From positions 254,324,001-254,388,000 of the forward strand of contig OZ024742.1 in the NCBI GenBank assembly GCA_964016885.1: DNA of 64,000 bases, written 5' to 3'. The position numbers and the translations under genes are program-made. Source of the DNA: Eledone cirrhosa (Eukaryota). Positions 63,074 through 64,000 of the stretch are shown here, piece after piece. How positions within the stretch are numbered: the stretch's first letter is position 1; every line of letters starts with the position of its first letter. The notes beneath the pieces are model-generated. The model saw nothing but the letters and a program-made list of their open reading frames with translations, did no database searches and was not told the origin of the DNA.

Positions 63074-64000
63074 ATGCTGCCTAAAAAAACTTACAAAACT
63101 TGAGCAACAAAGAGGAGAGAAGCTAGACAAGCTGCCACGGAAGAATCTGCAAAGAAATGTTATCCAATCACAAGTTTTCTGAAAAGTCAACAGTCTTCGT
63201 CAACAAGTGGTGACGCATCCCAAAGCAACGTAACTGCTGGAATTTCCGGCGAGTCGGTCTGGTCAGATGAACTGGAGAAACAGAAAAGCACTGGAGAGTC
63301 GCGAGAACCTGACGTCGAAGATGCCTCAGGTCCATCGACTATATGAACAACCGTCGTAGTCACTGAAGATGTAGTTCCAACTGGGGATCCGAACTCAATA
63401 GAGGGAAAAATGGCTGTATCGGAATCTGAAAATGAAAATGATTCAGAGGAAACTACATTGGCAAAACAAATCCCAGAGTATGAGCCAGTAGAATGCATGT
63501 TGAATTTACAAGAGGAGTATCCAAGCGACCCGAAACATTTCGAGGGCAGACCATTGACGACACCTCTAATCCGCGCCCTCATGGCCGTTGGTCCTTGTCA
63601 GCCAGGATTGAAAGATAATTTTGCTGATTTTCCTCTCGACTCGAACCACAGAAAATTCAACATCAGTTGGTACAAGAGAAAGTGTGCTGGAATCCATAAA
63701 GTTGAGCGACACTGGTTAGTATACTCTCCTGAATCCAACAGACTATATTGCTTTTGTTGTTGGCTGTTTGCTGATAAAAATGCCGAATCTTACTCGAAGA
63801 CTTGGGGTAATCCAGAGTGTGGGATGGCAAACTTCAAAAAGGGAATCGAAAAAATTGCCAAGTATGAGAAAAGTGTCATTCACATCAATGCACAAAAGCA
63901 ATACTTCATGACAAAATATCGTTTGGACGCAGATAAAACAGTGATCGATAACCTCATCCATGAAGAGAAGAAGCGAATTGAACGAAATCGCCAGATATTG
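63074..64000 (+). pseudogene. hAT transposase of ZMYM1/DUF4371 type, N-terminal part, two in-frame TGA; open from 63410 to the edge
   Basis: Manual translation MLPKKTYKT*ATKRRE..GPCQP..RKFNISWY..RHWLVYSPESNRLYCFCCWLF..YEKSVIH..EEKKRIERNRQIL (TTF-type zinc finger). Confidence 0.85.

Overview
Eukaryotic, AT-rich, microsatellite-dense DNA. The SINE/LINE complement suggests an octopus-like cephalopod (inference). No host protein-coding gene is supported; nearly all coding signal comes from transposons. 1-16.3 kb is a nested pile-up of R4/Dong-clade (RT + restriction-like endonuclease) and Tx1/L1-clade LINEs at (TAA)n tracts, two of which are tails of one SINE family. The rest holds many RTE-clade LINE copies (one uninterrupted 1005-aa ORF at 50191-53208), a CR1 fragment, Penelope-like fragments (one with a minimal hammerhead ribozyme), three Tc1/mariner elements, two non-autonomous Helitrons, piggyBac-like MITEs, hAT relics, several tRNA-type SINE families and several fold-back palindromes. 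Best leads: microsatellite niche partitioning among LINEs and SINEs; hammerhead-bearing Penelope termini and palindromes; a non-TE-looking ~350-bp element duplicated in inverted orientation 24 kb apart with a near-identical 82-bp core; and a promoter/exon-like cassette bounded by 20-bp direct repeats upstream of a hAT transposase. All calls are by eye; no searches were run.
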